Assembly: GCA_963693365.1 (NCBI GenBank)
Contig: CAVNZM010000006.1
Span: 6,799,264 to 6,863,263 of the forward strand
Source: Amoebidium appalachense
Taxonomy: Eukaryota; Protista; Ichthyosporea
Direction of reading: 5' to 3'
Length of the DNA: 64,000 nucleotides
The notes under the pieces were generated by a model that was given only the letters and a program-made list of their open reading frames with translations, searched no databases and was not told where the DNA came from. Numbering within the stretch: position 1 is the stretch's first letter; each line of letters starts with the position of its first letter. Made by a program: the position numbers and the translations under genes. Positions 1 through 44,342 of the stretch are shown here, piece by piece.

Positions 1-472
1 GCACACGTGCGTGTGTTATGTGCGCTTGCTTGTTGGAAGCAGAAGTAAATAAAGAGAGGGGGGGGGGGGGGGGGGGGGAGAGGGGGGAGAAGAGGAATAA
101 ACGTCCATTTGACACGCAACCATATTTAGACTCTCTCACCCCCCCCCCCCCCCCCCCCCCCCTTCCCCCCCCCCACACCTCCGTCCCCCTGTAAGAAGGA
201 GCAAGACAACCCAAATATGCCCATCCACTAAACATGAACGGGCGATCGAATGCAAAAGGGGTGAATGGAATGCAACTGAAACGATCGAAATGAACGAAAC
301 TAACGAAATGGATGCAATGAATCGAATGAAACAAAAGCACACGACGAATAGAAACGAACGCCCAAGCAATGGATTTGGAATGTATGAAATCCTAAACAAC
401 TTACACAAAGAAAACAAATACGCAACATTAAATGATGGGGTCAGATATTCGTCTTTTCGTGCACGCACCCAC

Positions 473-24671
<24,199 letters not shown>

Positions 24672-25312
24672 TACTCTTGCACTGGTCTCGGGCAAGCTGC
24701 CCTACCACCAGAAAAACCGCAAAAAGCACACTAGTACTCATAAAATATAAAATCAGTGGCACCAAATAGTACTATAGCTGGTAGGCTGTGCTGTGCGAGC
24801 TAATTAGTTTGCTATATCACGGTGGTGTGTAGACTCTGTAGAGAAAAAAGCAGGCCAGCGAAAACTTGGTTTTCAAAAGTTTGCCGTTCAAGTTTTTCAG
24901 GCCGTGGGCGGGATGAATGTAACCAATCAGATGGAGCTGGCCGAAATGGGCAAATTTGTCTACCTTCAATTCGTATCATCAAGACGTATCATGCATGATA
25001 TAAAAAAAAATGTGGCACACCGGCGGCCTTGGTGCTTGGCCAAGTATCACACTTAGCCTCTTTGACAGCCTGAAGAAGGTATATTTTGCTCTTCGGCTAA
25101 ATATCAGAGGAATAATCAATTTGGCAGCTAACTTTTTTGTTTTTTTATTGTCTATTATCATATTGCGTATTGATGCTTCTGAAAGGCCTAGGAACGGCCC
25201 GTGCACATATGAGGGGGAACAACTTTTATACTATAATTTTGCCGCGCTCTAGCTGAAGCTTGCTTATCCAATAAGATCGCGCCGCACTAGCTTAACAGCT
25301 AGTGTTTGCGCA

Positions 25313-25350
<38 letters not shown>

Positions 25351-26284
25351 ACTCCTCCGGAGTTGCGGAGCTCCCCCCCAAAAAAAACACACGTACACGG
25401 GGCCCCCGAGCCAACATTTCCACACATAGGCACACACATAGACACACACACGCGAACACACACACACACACACCACACACACACACACACACATACACAC
25501 ACACACACACAAACACATTTGCAAAGACACGTGTACACGTCACACACGTACACACACTGGGGCATGTACACACACACAAAAAAAGCACAGATCTAGAGAG
25601 AAGAAAACAAAAGAAAAGGAAGGGGTTTACACTGTTTACTGAAGGAACAAGAAAAAAAAAAGAAAGGGAAAAAAGAACAAGAAAAAAGGAAAACATTTCC
25701 ACAGCATGCACGTAAATTCATTGGTGCATCGAACAGCAGTCATGAATTCTAAACACGGATAGATCCGTGTACCATGCAGTACGGGAGGAAAAATAAAAGA
25801 CTGAGCATCACTGTGCATACGTTTTTATAAAACAAAACAAAAGGTAGGAAAATGCTATAGGTTCACTGCAGCAAGACCAACGCGAAAATGCCTGCCTTTG
25901 TTTACCCACGAACTTTAAGTCATCTTCCATTTTCTTTGCCCTTCTTTTAGGCTCACATATACTGTCGGGAGAACTGCTCACATATACTGTCGGGAAGAAC
26001 TTCGAGTTGTCTCATGTATCCTTGTATGGTTAATACAGACAACCAAGTTTTTCTACAAAAAGAAATACACATTGCACCACCGACAAAACCACACCAGTTT
26101 TCTCCAAAAAACAGAATGAAACTCAAGACATGCAGTGAAAAAAACATAATAATATGATTATAATTGCCATCAGCTGATGCCTGCCGTACCAGGCTATGCT
26201 GCCTACACACAAACCCAACATACCACACAAATTTAAACATATCGAATTCGCAAACAAAACAGAGCTAGAACACATATACTAAGT

Positions 26285-32198
<5,914 letters not shown>

Positions 32199-33105
32199 CT
32201 TCGCTCTTCCTTGCAAACTTACGAGCTCGTCCTCTAAAACCACGGGTTGGCGGTGTGTTAGTTCTTTGCTCCTTAGAGCGCGTGTTGCTGTATTCTTGGA
32301 GTTTTTATGACAACGAAACAATAGAGGAAGTTCTTCAAAGCACTACAAACGACCGTATTCATAATTCGAAGCTGCTTGTTCAATTGAAATGCTAATATTA
32401 ATGTTTGCCGTCTCTCTTCGACACGTTCCGGTGTGACTTGCTTGGTTGCTCCCAGTTCCAGTTTCGGCTGAAGTCATCAGAGAGAAAAGTTTGGCAAGCT
32501 AAAACTGGCCAATCAACAACCACCGTAATCTGCCAAAACAGGCTTATCAGCAAAATATCAAGCATTACGTAACTGGGCTGTTGTGGGCCAAGATTTCTAA
32601 ATATAGCTACAATTATCTTGGCCCTCTGCGCTTGATGACTGGCAGCGTCGACTCAGCCTGCAAAACTTTCGTGAGCAGTGTGTGCGTCGTTTTTGAAGCG
32701 GGACGGTGTGTCTGTAGATGCACATGGCAGATGGTGTGCTCATTTTATGAAGATCCATGTATATTTACTTTCGAGGGTATTTAATAGCTCTGGGAAGGAA
32801 AGAAACATTCTATTAGGTGATGTAACAGCGTGCTGAGTGGTCATTGTTCGAAATTCCCATAGAGTAGGAACTCCCAACACTCCATTCAACGCTTTGTTCA
32901 ACGTTTTATTCAACAGATACATAGCCAGCCAGCTGAGGTGACCTTATTGTTAGTGCACCCTTGCGCTGAACAGCCGAGCACATCATATTTATGGTTTATC
33001 ATCTATTCGTTGTGAGCGACGTTTGACGCCGTCGTTCTGCAAATACGGTTCTCTCTTTAAAGCACACACGACCAAGCACCTTCCTTCGTTCCAGCACACA
33101 CAGAA
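32199..33105. promoter_or_regulatory. Probable bidirectional promoter between CHMP1 and MAX
   Basis: Divergent start codons lie about 0.9 kb apart. The interval is free of microsatellites and has a CCAAT box near 32509. Confidence 0.6.
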
Positions 33106-33525
33106 ATGGCGCAGGCTCCTTTCAACGGCTTCAACCCAACGCCCGGTTTTCCGACGTCTATGACTCCGCCACCCGGGGGCATGGGCTCAGTACCTGGAAC
33201 CCCTGCGAACTACAACATGGGGTCGCCTGGTGGCAGCGATTCGGCAGACCCGCGAAAAGATAAGCGTGCACACCACACCGCACTTGAGAGAAAGAGAAGA
33301 GACCACATTAAAGATAAGTTCGCTATACTTCACCAAGAGATCCCAGGCATCTCGTCGCAAGACAAAGCATCACGCTCTCTTATACTTTCGAAGGCGACTG
33401 AGTACATCCAGGAGATGACACAAGCAAACGAACAGGTCTTGGCCGAGGTAGAGGAGCTGAAACGTCAAAACGCGATGCTGCACGAGCAGATACGGAAGCT
33501 CGAGGCACAGCAAGCAGGAAAATAG
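33106..33525 (+). CDS. MAX: Max bHLH-leucine-zipper transcription factor, 139 aa, intronless CDS
   Basis: [55 protein letters not shown] closely parallels animal Max ([55 protein letters not shown]). The H-E-R E-box contact residues are intact. Confidence 0.95.
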   Translation: [139 protein letters not shown]

Positions 33526-34799
33526 CTTGACAGGTGCCTCTTTGGGTTCCTATTGAAATGTTGGGGAGTGTCACCGCTAGTTGCCTGGTGTATTCCTCCT
33601 TTTCGGCCTTTCGCTGACATCTTTTTATGTACTTTTATATACTGCCTTTGCTTTCTGAATACTAAGTGAGAATAAGTGTGGGTTCTGAATGGAAAGGGAG
33701 TTACTATGAGTCTTTAACCGAAAGCCGGGTTTTCCCACACTACTTTCATGGTCAGGTGACGATGCGTAAACACTGTTTATTGTTCCGGCCTGGAGGGGAA
33801 CATCGGCCCGGTTATATTGGATTCACATAAACAGGAGGAAGGCCTTTCTTGGAGCGGAATGGTCCACAAACGGGATGTTGCAATTGGGCCCGTTTCCTGA
33901 GGGTGTGTCTCTGGTTAGGTACGAGAATACGCATGATTTATCAAGAAGGTCTTATGAGATGTTGTCTTTAGGTTATGTACAGCCTAGCAAATTTAGCTGT
34001 GTCATTGTGGTCTTCACTGCAGGCTGGTTGCTCCATAGAAACACTGGTGCAAGTAAAGTGTGGCTCCCGGCATATCAACATCCGTTGCTTTTTCTCCCTC
34101 CTGTGGGCCTAAAACCCCGTCCTTCCCTTCATACCCTGAAGTGAAGCAGCATTAAGGTCTCCTATGGGTAGTATATAGGAGGCCTTCAACAGCCTTCGAG
34201 TTAATTTGCGTGCAAGGTGGCCGGTGAATGAGTCGACTGTTTAAAGACTTCAGGCCCTCCTGACTGAATGGCCGCAGCCATCATGATGCAGGCGCATCCT
34301 GCGTGCACACGTGCTATGCAACATCTGCAGCGTGTTGCCCCTTTGTGAATGTGGACATCGTACTCTAACACAAATTAAAACACCCCACTCCGCCTCCTCT
34401 CTCTCCTCTGTCTCCCCTCCCCCCCCGCCCCCCCCCCCCCCCCCCCCCCCCCCTCCCCCCCCCCCTCACACACACATGTGCACACATGTACACACACACA
34501 CACACACACACACACTGTCACACCATCCCCCACCCGTAGCATCCATTCCGAACCGTTCCCCACAAAAAGGCCCCTCGTCGAAATGGTTGGAGTGCCAACC
34601 TTCCCCCTCTTCCCCCCTCCCTTCCCCCTCCCCTCCTCTTATGGTTTGCTCGTCTGTATTTAGACTTCTTGTCTGTGAACACAATATGCCTCCCATCTTT
34701 CAAACTCTGAAGAGACCACACAGCACATCAATCAAATCTGGGTCACTCGGGCTAATTCTTGGGCATGGTCCTACTACCTTTTGAGAGCCCCTTAGATAA

Positions 34800-34960
34800 C
34801 TCTTTACACCACGTGGTGCACCCACTAATCTCTCTTTAGGTCATCTGTTATCATCTCCCACGCGTTTTCCAAAAATCTTTCCCTTCCACGTACCGGCCAA
34901 TGAGCAGAAGTTCAGCTGCGCGGGAGTCTGCGCCACGGATAAATTTATTGGGCGCGGCAT
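34800..34960 (+). promoter_or_regulatory. Candidate promoter elements upstream of the RhoGAP gene
   Basis: CCACGTGG at 34809-34816, CACGCG near 34859, CCAAT near 34897 and ATTGG near 34947, clustered in repeat-free sequence. Confidence 0.35.
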
Positions 34961-35686
34961 GTTTGTGCGGATGACGATCACACAACAGCCGGCTGCTAAA
35001 AGCTCTTTTGCCACTCACAGCAGCTCAGTTTAAGTTTTTCGAGCAGCGTGAAACACGTTGGAGGCAAGCAATTACTTTTATAGAGCCACGAAGTTAGTCT
35101 TTTTTTAATATATAGTGTAAGCGAGATAGGTATATCATTATAGGTTTATGTTTGTCTTTTCTTACAGCTGCTGACTTTCTCTTTGCCCTTCTCTTGCGGA
35201 TAGCCAGTCGCCGTGGCAGTGTCTTGGACACATTTTCGGATAGCAAAGGCACACAAGAGAGTAAAAGTTGCTTATTAGTCAGGCTGAAGGCCACTAGTAC
35301 TACATAGTCAGGTAACCAACGGGCTCATCATCACACCTGCGCACGCAATACTCTTATTTTATTGTGTTCCGACCAAGCTGCTTGGGGAAAATGTTCCTCT
35401 AAGTCTGCTATTCGCTTGCATCCCGATAAATCTCCTAGTTGATTTCGTGTGTCGAGCAATTGTGATAGCATCATCTAAGGTTTCTGCCTAGGTTATCACA
35501 GCTGTTCGTAAAATCTCCTCACATTAACATACAGCCATTCTTGTTAGGGCCTAGCTTTGACTTTCTCCTCCATAGATCAACCGCATTGCTTAGACGTACA
35601 CTCCACAAATGGAGCATTGTTCTGCCAAACGAAAAGATTTTTTTTTTGTGGTTGTATAATAACGCATTCCTAGCAGGAACCTCAAG

Positions 35687-36966
35687 ATGGCTTCCGTTCT
35701 GGAGCCTCTTGAATATGCGGAGGCAGAATACGACTCCCCAAAGCTCCGATTGCGCCTAGACACTTACGAGAATTCAGCTCGTAAAGTGCTTGGCCAGCTC
35801 AAAGGGTTCAAGGAGGCTTGGGAGGTGTACTGCACTCACCAAAGAAGTGAGTGGTCTGCATGTAAAATTGATCAAATTAGTTTTCCTTTTTTCTCAGATG
35901 ATTCTACCGTCTTTCCCTCCCCTCCAGCCCTTCCTCCTCTTCCCCTCCCCCCCCCCCCCTCCCCCCCCCTCCCCCCCCCCCCCCCTCCCCCCCCCCGCCA
36001 CCCTTGGTGAATACACACACATACACACACGCCCTCAGACAGAGACACACATACAAACACACACACATACATACATACATGCACACACATAGCTCCAGAT
36101 TTGCATTGTCTCCAACATGTAAGTGGGCTGATTGACTTTCGTCTCTCATTTCAATGCCCCTCGCCTCCCCCTTCCCCCCTTCCCCCACCCCAGCCCCCCT
36201 TCCCCCCCCCTCCCCCCCCCCCCCCCCCTCCCCACCATCCTTCTCAAAAAAAAAAAGAAGGAAGTGGGGGAAAGGGGGGTTTGGAAGGGGAGGGGGGGAG
36301 GAGTGGAGCAAGGTGGTGAAAGGAAAAACCTGACACGCTTCTCACCAGTAATCCTGGAAATGTACACCATATCCGATCTCACTCTCACCATACACACACT
36401 CCAATCGAAGTAAGAGTTTTTTTGGGACAATAAGGAGCGGGGGTTGAGGAGGCACACACAAGTTCAATTGTTGGACTTATGTAATGTGTAATGACAATTG
36501 TGATACAAGGTGTAGATTTACCTCCGTCGTAACAGGAAAATATAAGAGGGTAAGACAAGCAAATGAATGCACGCTTGAGATCTTGCCACAAAAATGACAC
36601 TCTGGGGTCTGGGTGCAGATGCCATGCAGGCACATCTTGTGTGTGCAAACATTCTAAGGGACACACAGATCCCTGTCATAGGTCAGATGACGGACGACGA
36701 AAAACTACTGAGCAAGTGCCCCCTCCCCACTCCCGTCCGTCTGATTTTCACTTGCTTAGGGCAGGGTTCCTCCAGTTCATGTTGTTTCTATTGTTTCCGG
36801 GGGGGGGGGGAGGGGGGGGGAGGGGAGGATTCTGGAAGACACGAGCGGATTCGGGCAAGAGTGTTTCCGGGGGTGGTCTTTTGCCCCCGTTTTCTCTATA
36901 CCTTCCATCGTTCAATGTCCTAGTTCCTGCTTGTTGACGCGCTATTAGTAACGGTTGGGGGAAGGA

Positions 36967-36999
<33 letters not shown>

Positions 37000-37999
37000 G
37001 GGGAGTTGGAAAGGGTGGCCGAACATCACTGGGGTAGGGAGGATGATGATGGGTATTGCTTTTTGTGCATCTGTATATGTGTTATCATGGTAGCTGGTGT
37101 CCCCAGCCCAACCGTCATATGCCCCTTCTTCCCCTCCATCCCCACCCCCCCCCCCCCCCCCCCCCCCCCCACCCCCCCCCTCTCGGCCTGCAATGTTCCA
37201 CTGCTTAAAATCATCTGTGTCCTTTTGTATCCTTCTTCTTCTCTTTTCTTCGTCTTTCTTTTCTTAGCTGGGGGAGGAGAAAAGGGGGGAGGGGGGGGAG
37301 GGGGGGGGAGGGGGGCAAGTTACAAGGCCACGACTCTTTGGCGGTTTGCTGTGATTGGCCTACGCTGATTGTGGGCCTGGACAGGTGACTCGGCCGGGCA
37401 GTTTTCTGGAATGCTGGATGACCTGGAGGTGTTGCGTGAGGAAAACATGGTGGGTGGGGCTGTGCGTTTCTGTTTGTGGAATGGTGTGGTATGTTTTCTG
37501 TTTGCACAGTAGTGTTGTGTGGGTGCTGTCTATTTGCATAGGCGTGATCTGTGACTTGTTTGTGGGAGGGTGATGTATATTTCTTTTTGCACCGTGCTGT
37601 GTTTCTATCTACAGCGGTTCTAGCGAATAGACGAACTGTGTGGCTCGCATGATTCCGGGGCACCAAGCTGTACACATTGGGCAACCGCCAGCAAAAACAA
37701 TGTGATATAACCAGGTGGTGGCAGGCCATGCACCAAGCTTTTCTTTTCTTTTCTTTTTTTTTTTTTTGTGGTGGTGGTTTGTGGGGGGGGAGGTCGAGGG
37801 GCGGGGGCTCTCACACCTAAATCCTTCAGGGTGCATGCACACAGCCACCCAATCCCTCCCCCCTCCCCCCCCCCCCCCTCACCTTTGTTTTGTGATCTTT
37901 CCCCTCCTATCCCCCCTATCCCCCCCCCCCCCCCCCCCCCGCTGTGATCGTGCTTTCACACCCTGTTCCTTCAGGGTGCATGCAAACCGCGCCCATTCC

Positions 38000-38031
<32 letters not shown>

Positions 38032-38410
38032 TTTTTGTTTGTTCTTTTCTTTTTCCTTTTTTCTTTTTTTTTTTTTTTTTGCTTCGATCGTGCTTTCACA
38101 TTCAATTCCTTGAGCATGCATGCACACCACAACCCAAACCCCATTGATCGGTTTCATGTCCGGCGTGTTAGACTGCTATTTTGCGGCAATGCCGGGTTGT
38201 TGCATGAAATAACACATGGGTTGGTTTTGGGGGGGCTGCAGTTGATGCAGTTTGAGGCCGTGGGCAAGCAGGTGGAGGCATTTGTGGCCGACCTGACAGG
38301 CAGGCTGCAGGTACGGGCACGTGTCTGTTTCCTGTCACACACACACACACATGCACACGCGTGCGCATTCACACACTCACACATGCACCCACACACACAT
38401 GCACGCATGT

Positions 38411-38456
<46 letters not shown>

Positions 38457-39397
38457 GAGACGTGTTTCTTCTGGCTTGTATAAGTATTTGGCGTATAATG
38501 GGGAGGGGGGTTGTCTAAGTGGCATGTGGATACTTGATGTGTGACCGGCCTGGGTTTGTAGAAGAACGAATAAGCCGAGCCCGAGTGTTGTCTTGCTTCT
38601 CTTGCCGTTCCATTCCGTTTTTGTTATTGCATGAGTTTCAACGTCCCAATAGACTCCAGCAGTCTCTAGATCGTATTTCCGTGTTTAGATTGGCAAATTT
38701 TACCCAATAACGAACACGCCACACCCATAGTCAGTGGGCCTTAGTGCACGCCACACCCATAGTCAGTGGGCCTCAGTGCTTCCTTGGCCCCCCAGATTCT
38801 TGGCCCGACATATGCACCTATAGTCAGTGGCCATGCGTGCCTAGTTGCTAACTTGCCCCCCTAGACCCTTGATCCGATATGGTTATGCAAACATCTTTCT
38901 ACCTTACTGGGGGGCCTTTTCAGTGTTGGCTTTTCAACAGCAGCAAGTACACAGTAACATAGTAATCCCCCCATGCAGAAGGACTCAGACACATTCAGGG
39001 CGGCATCAGAGCACTACTACAGAGAGCTCACCTCCCAGCTCCCAAAGAAGACACTCGATGTATGGGTGCAGCCCGTTTCCCTTTGCCCTGTCATTTTTCT
39101 GACTCTTGCCATTCCCTCTATCCTCATTCCCCCTCCCCCCCCCCCTCCCGGAGCTACTATGTCTGCCAACGAGGGCATCTATTGCGAAATATTGCGTGCT
39201 GCCAATTCACGAGAGAGACCCCACCTCTCCCTCCCGTCCCCTTTTTCCTTTTCAACTCTCTTTATACCATGCCTTTCCCTCCCTTCCTTGCCCCTTCTCT
39301 TTGCCCTCTTTCAGCTCTCTCCCTCAAGTCCTATCCCCAGTCACTTTTTCATCTGATTAAATCCTGTCACTCTCCCTGCCCCTCTTCCCTCCCCCCC

Positions 39398-39465
<68 letters not shown>

Positions 39466-39953
39466 ACACCACCACCACCACCACCACCAAAATAATATTA
39501 ATAATAAAAATAATAAATAGATAAAATAAAATTAAAAAAACCTTCTCCACCACTACCGGTGCTAGATTGTCACCCCCCTTGTGCCTTCCTCACGCCACCA
39601 TGAGCATGTGCAATTCTTGTTTTGCGCAAACACTTGGCTGATGCTGGTTGGTTTTTGGCGCAGAACGGGGCGCTAGAGCGTGATCGTGAGGTGCTGTTTG
39701 AGAGCCAGATAGCCTACATGGAGGCCCTGACCGACATCCAGGCACGCCTGCGCTCAAATGTCCCTGAGCTGGTAGGTGTGCACGTGTGGGTGTGCGTGTG
39801 CATGTGGTTGGGCTGGTGTTGCTGTGGTTGAGAGGTGGGTGGGTGGATGGGTGGGTGGTATGGTATGTGCGGCTGGATGGTTATGTGGGTGGGTGTGTGG
39901 GGGGGAGGGTCAGTGGGTGTGGATGAGGACCTGGGTCTGTGTGTGGGTGTGAG

Positions 39954-40037
<84 letters not shown>

Positions 40038-40555
40038 GGGGGAGAGGGTGGGGTGGGGGCCGCCGGGGGGGGGAAGGGGGGGGGGGGGGGGGGGGGGTTG
40101 TGCCTGCCTGGATCTTGCCGCATGGGGCTTTTGCCTCTTCGGCTGCTACATTGCCTTATGTCACATGTGTTTTTCGTGTTGGCCGGGTGTGCATGCGTCG
40201 TGTGCTTGTTGGTTGTACTTTCCCCGGAGTTGTGCAACGTTTACTTACATATGCCGCCGACCCCAGCATGGGTTATTGTATGTACGTTTATGCTAAGTTA
40301 CTTATTTATTTATTTAATTATTTATTATTTATTTATTTTTTTTTATTTTTTTATTTTTTTTTTGGGGGGGGGGGGGGTAGTAGCACGAAGGATGGTGGTG
40401 TTGACAGGGCTGTGTGTGGGTAGGTGCTGCTGTACATGAAGAGCGAGTTCAACTTCCTCAAGCAGGCCAGCATGAGCCTGGGCGACCACCAGGCTTACTT
40501 CAACCTGCTGCAGCAGAAACTGTACGAGGTAGGGTTCTGTGTGTTGTGTGTGTGT

Positions 40556-40642
<87 letters not shown>

Positions 40643-40934
40643 CGGAGGGGGGGGGGCATGTGCGTGCTTGCTTGAGTGTGTGTGCTGGTGCACTTGGGAA
40701 GTTGGTGGGTGTAGGTGTGGATGTGTGGGTGTGGCGGGTGTGTGCCTGGGGGTGCGCATGTGTAGGGGTGTGGGTGGGTGGGTGAGCGGGTGTGTATGCC
40801 TGTGTGCGGTTTGGTGTGTTTATTATGTTTGTATCGGTAAAACGACTGGACAGTTTGTATTTTTCGTGTGTGCGTGTGTGCATAGCTTTAGCTTTGGTCT
40901 GTGAATGTCCCTGTGTTTGTGGAGGAAGGAAAGT

Positions 40935-40971
<37 letters not shown>

Positions 40972-42059
40972 AGGTCAAGCCCGTATGTGTTAGTCTCTTC
41001 CTGCCTACTTGGGTTAAGTTCATGTGCTTTCCTGAGTTCCTCCATATACCCTTCCCTGTGAGTATGTGCACATGTGTGTTTCGCGCAGTGATTTATGGAT
41101 GGATGTGGCGTGATCCTGCCAACGGGCTCGTGAGAGTTGTGATCCCGTGTATGTGGGGTAGTGGTTTGCAGCAAGTTGGTGTGGCTGTGGTGGTAACAGC
41201 ACTGTGTAGGTTAGTAGTTGCTCAGTGGGCAACCATCCCTACAGGCCAACCAAGAGCAGGATGAAATCAAGACCCTGTCTGCAGACCTGCACACAAAGCA
41301 CTTGCAGGTGTGTCCTCAGTTCCCTCACTACAGTCACCGCTCGATATAACGCCTCCCCCTGCTTACACTCCGGGGGGAGGGGGGAGGGGGGGATTGGTTA
41401 TATCGTGGGGAACGCTATATCGTAATGTGTCCGTGTTCAAATCCTGCCCGAGAACCCAAATCGGTGACAGTTGTGTGGGCGCTATAACCCCCGGTTACTG
41501 CATGCCCATGCATCGGCTTCCCTTGCTACCACCTACAGCCTGTGCGTGCAGGCCTGTAGGTGGAGTGCACGGCATAACAGGAATGCAGGCATAGGACATG
41601 TGCTAGGTTAACCTCTTGAGATCCGTAATTTCCACGAGATCGACATGAGTCATATGGTGTAACTATAAAGGGTGTTTGCCGGCTTGACGAGCCAATGACG
41701 ACATCGAAATGCTGTCAATGCAATCTTCTGATTGGACCATTGTGAGAATGGCTCCAAAGGGCAAAACATGATTGGCCGGCTCAGTCGACATTCGATGGCA
41801 ACCCCAAGATTCTCTCAAAATCTCGAAAGTCACTTCAGAAACAGATATAAAAGTATACGAAATAATGACATTTTCCCCAAACCATCTTAGTAACGTTGGT
41901 AGGTAAGACATATACCTGTCGGCATATGCAATTTATTTGAGCTTTTTCTATCGATTTTGAGCTGCAATAGAGTTGTTTAGGTCCCAACCGGCAGCCGGTA
42001 GAATCAATTAGTCCGGTCCTCTAGAGGTTAAGGGGTGTGTGTGTCCGGTGGGGTGGGGG

Positions 42060-42098
<39 letters not shown>

Positions 42099-42221
42099 GG
42101 AGGGAATTTCTCTACCACTTGTGGATGTGTCTCTGCATGTGTGTCTTTGGGTGTGGGTGGGTGGGTGGTTGGTGGGTGTGTGGGAGAGGGTCGGAAGGGA
42201 CTGCTTTGCTCCATGGATGGA

Positions 42222-42254
<33 letters not shown>

Positions 42255-43992
42255 ATACGTGGTACCTGGGCTGATGATGGGCATAAACCTCATCTCGCGG
42301 CCAGACCGCGTACCCAATCAACCTACATTGCGAAGGACCCCATTCCATCTGACTGGCGATAGCCTTCACGTGATCTTACGACAATTACCTGACACTTGAC
42401 ACGACTGTAGATTGGTGGCCTACCCCATGTGGTCTGTCTTGACGCGATGTGTGGCCTATACAATATATTGGTGACTATTACTGGCATATATGCTCACGCC
42501 CAAGTTTGGTTCTGTTTTAAGTGATGTGTGCATGCACACGCACATGCGAGTATGCACACCTTGACAGTGTGTCGCTTGAGCCAATGCGGGCAGAATAACT
42601 AGTGACCCCTTCACCCTTCAGAGGTTCAAGAAGAGGCACACACAGCACATGATACTAAACACAAAGGAAGGTCTGGTGCTGATGCTGGTGAAGAGGAGCA
42701 TGACCAAGGACTGTACGCTATCCATCTCTCTTCCCTTGCTTCCTCCCACACACACAAACACACACACACACCCCTCTCTCTCCCTCTCTCTCGCTCTCTC
42801 TCCCTCCCTCCCTACTGACCTACCTTCTTCCGTCCCTCTCTCTCCCTCTCTCGCTTTCGCTCTCGCTCTCTCTCTCTTTACATCTCTCTCTCTCTCTCTC
42901 TCGCTTGCTCTCTCCTCACCCCCCCTCCCTCGCTTTCACCCCTCTGCCATCCGGACACTTACATACAGAATAAGATTTACAATCTCCCCCCTCCCACCCT
43001 TTCCCCCTCTTTCCCTTTCTGTGAATAGGGCAGTATCTCGTGTGTTTGTGTGTGTGTGTGTTTTTAGGGGGGGGAGGGGGGGGGGAGGTGGGGGGCTCTT
43101 GCGATAGACCTGTGGGAAGTTCGTATAGTAGTGTGTAGGAGCTTCTTCTATCCTTGTCTTTTCAGCCCACGAGGCCCAAAAAACAGACGTGCATGCTCAC
43201 GCATGCACTTAACCTAATTCTCTTTACACCCTGTATTCTCCTGGTTTGAACCCACTCCATCCTACGCACCTGCCGTGCCCGCTTTGTTACCCACACACAC
43301 CCACGTGTGGAAAGTACACAATGCTCACCGGTTACGTGTGCAGGGGTGCCCATGCATGGTGTGTTCAACAAGGAGGGACGGGTGCTGGAGCTACAGCCCA
43401 TGAGGGGCACACAGGGGGGGGCTGCAGGCACTAGCTCACTGGTGGGCGTGTGTGTGTGGATGTGTGTGGGTGGGTGGGTGGGTGGGTGTGTGTGTGTGGC
43501 TGTGTGTGTGCATAGAGATTGCATGTATGAGGAAAGAACGTGTCGGGATGTATGTATGCATAGGGAGTGGTTGTATTTTGAAAAAAGTGCTGTTGTGTGT
43601 GTGTGCACAGAGATTAGATGTGTGAGGAAGAAGGTGTTGGAATGTATGTGATCGAAAGGGGTTGGGACACAGTCACACAGAGTGTGGGAGCATGAGAGGA
43701 GTGTTGTGACCATTTGTGTGATATGCCGTAGAATCGTTAGCCAAGAAATTGATCCTAAATCATTCGTGTTTACATTGCGATTGACGTGGATGAGTATTGT
43801 TACGTCCACGTTTGCAAGGCTGCTGCTCCTTCCTTCTTGGATATGTACCAGTAGCTTTTGGCGTAGAAAAATGTGGCCAGTAATCTGTGTGTGTGTGGCC
43901 GAAACCCGCTATGAGATTGACGGTATTCTCCCGTGCAGCTCAAGGGCAAGGACCAGGGTGTGGTGATCATGACAGGTGTGTGCGTGCGTGCC

Positions 43993-44024
<32 letters not shown>

Positions 44025-44048
44025 CGTGTGTGTGTGTGTGTGTGTGTT

Positions 44049-44091
<43 letters not shown>

Positions 44092-44191
44092 CATCTTGAA
44101 ATGTGGACACCTTGTTCGTCACGTGCTTGGTGATCGGGAAGTGAGTGGATTTGAGGGCAGAATGGTCTGTGTCTTTTGTCGAGAAGGGGGT

Positions 44192-44224
<33 letters not shown>

Positions 44225-44283
44225 GTCGCTTGTGTGTGTGTGTGTGTGTGTTGGTGTCTGGATGTGTGTGGGTGGGTGGGTGT

Positions 44284-44342
<59 letters not shown>

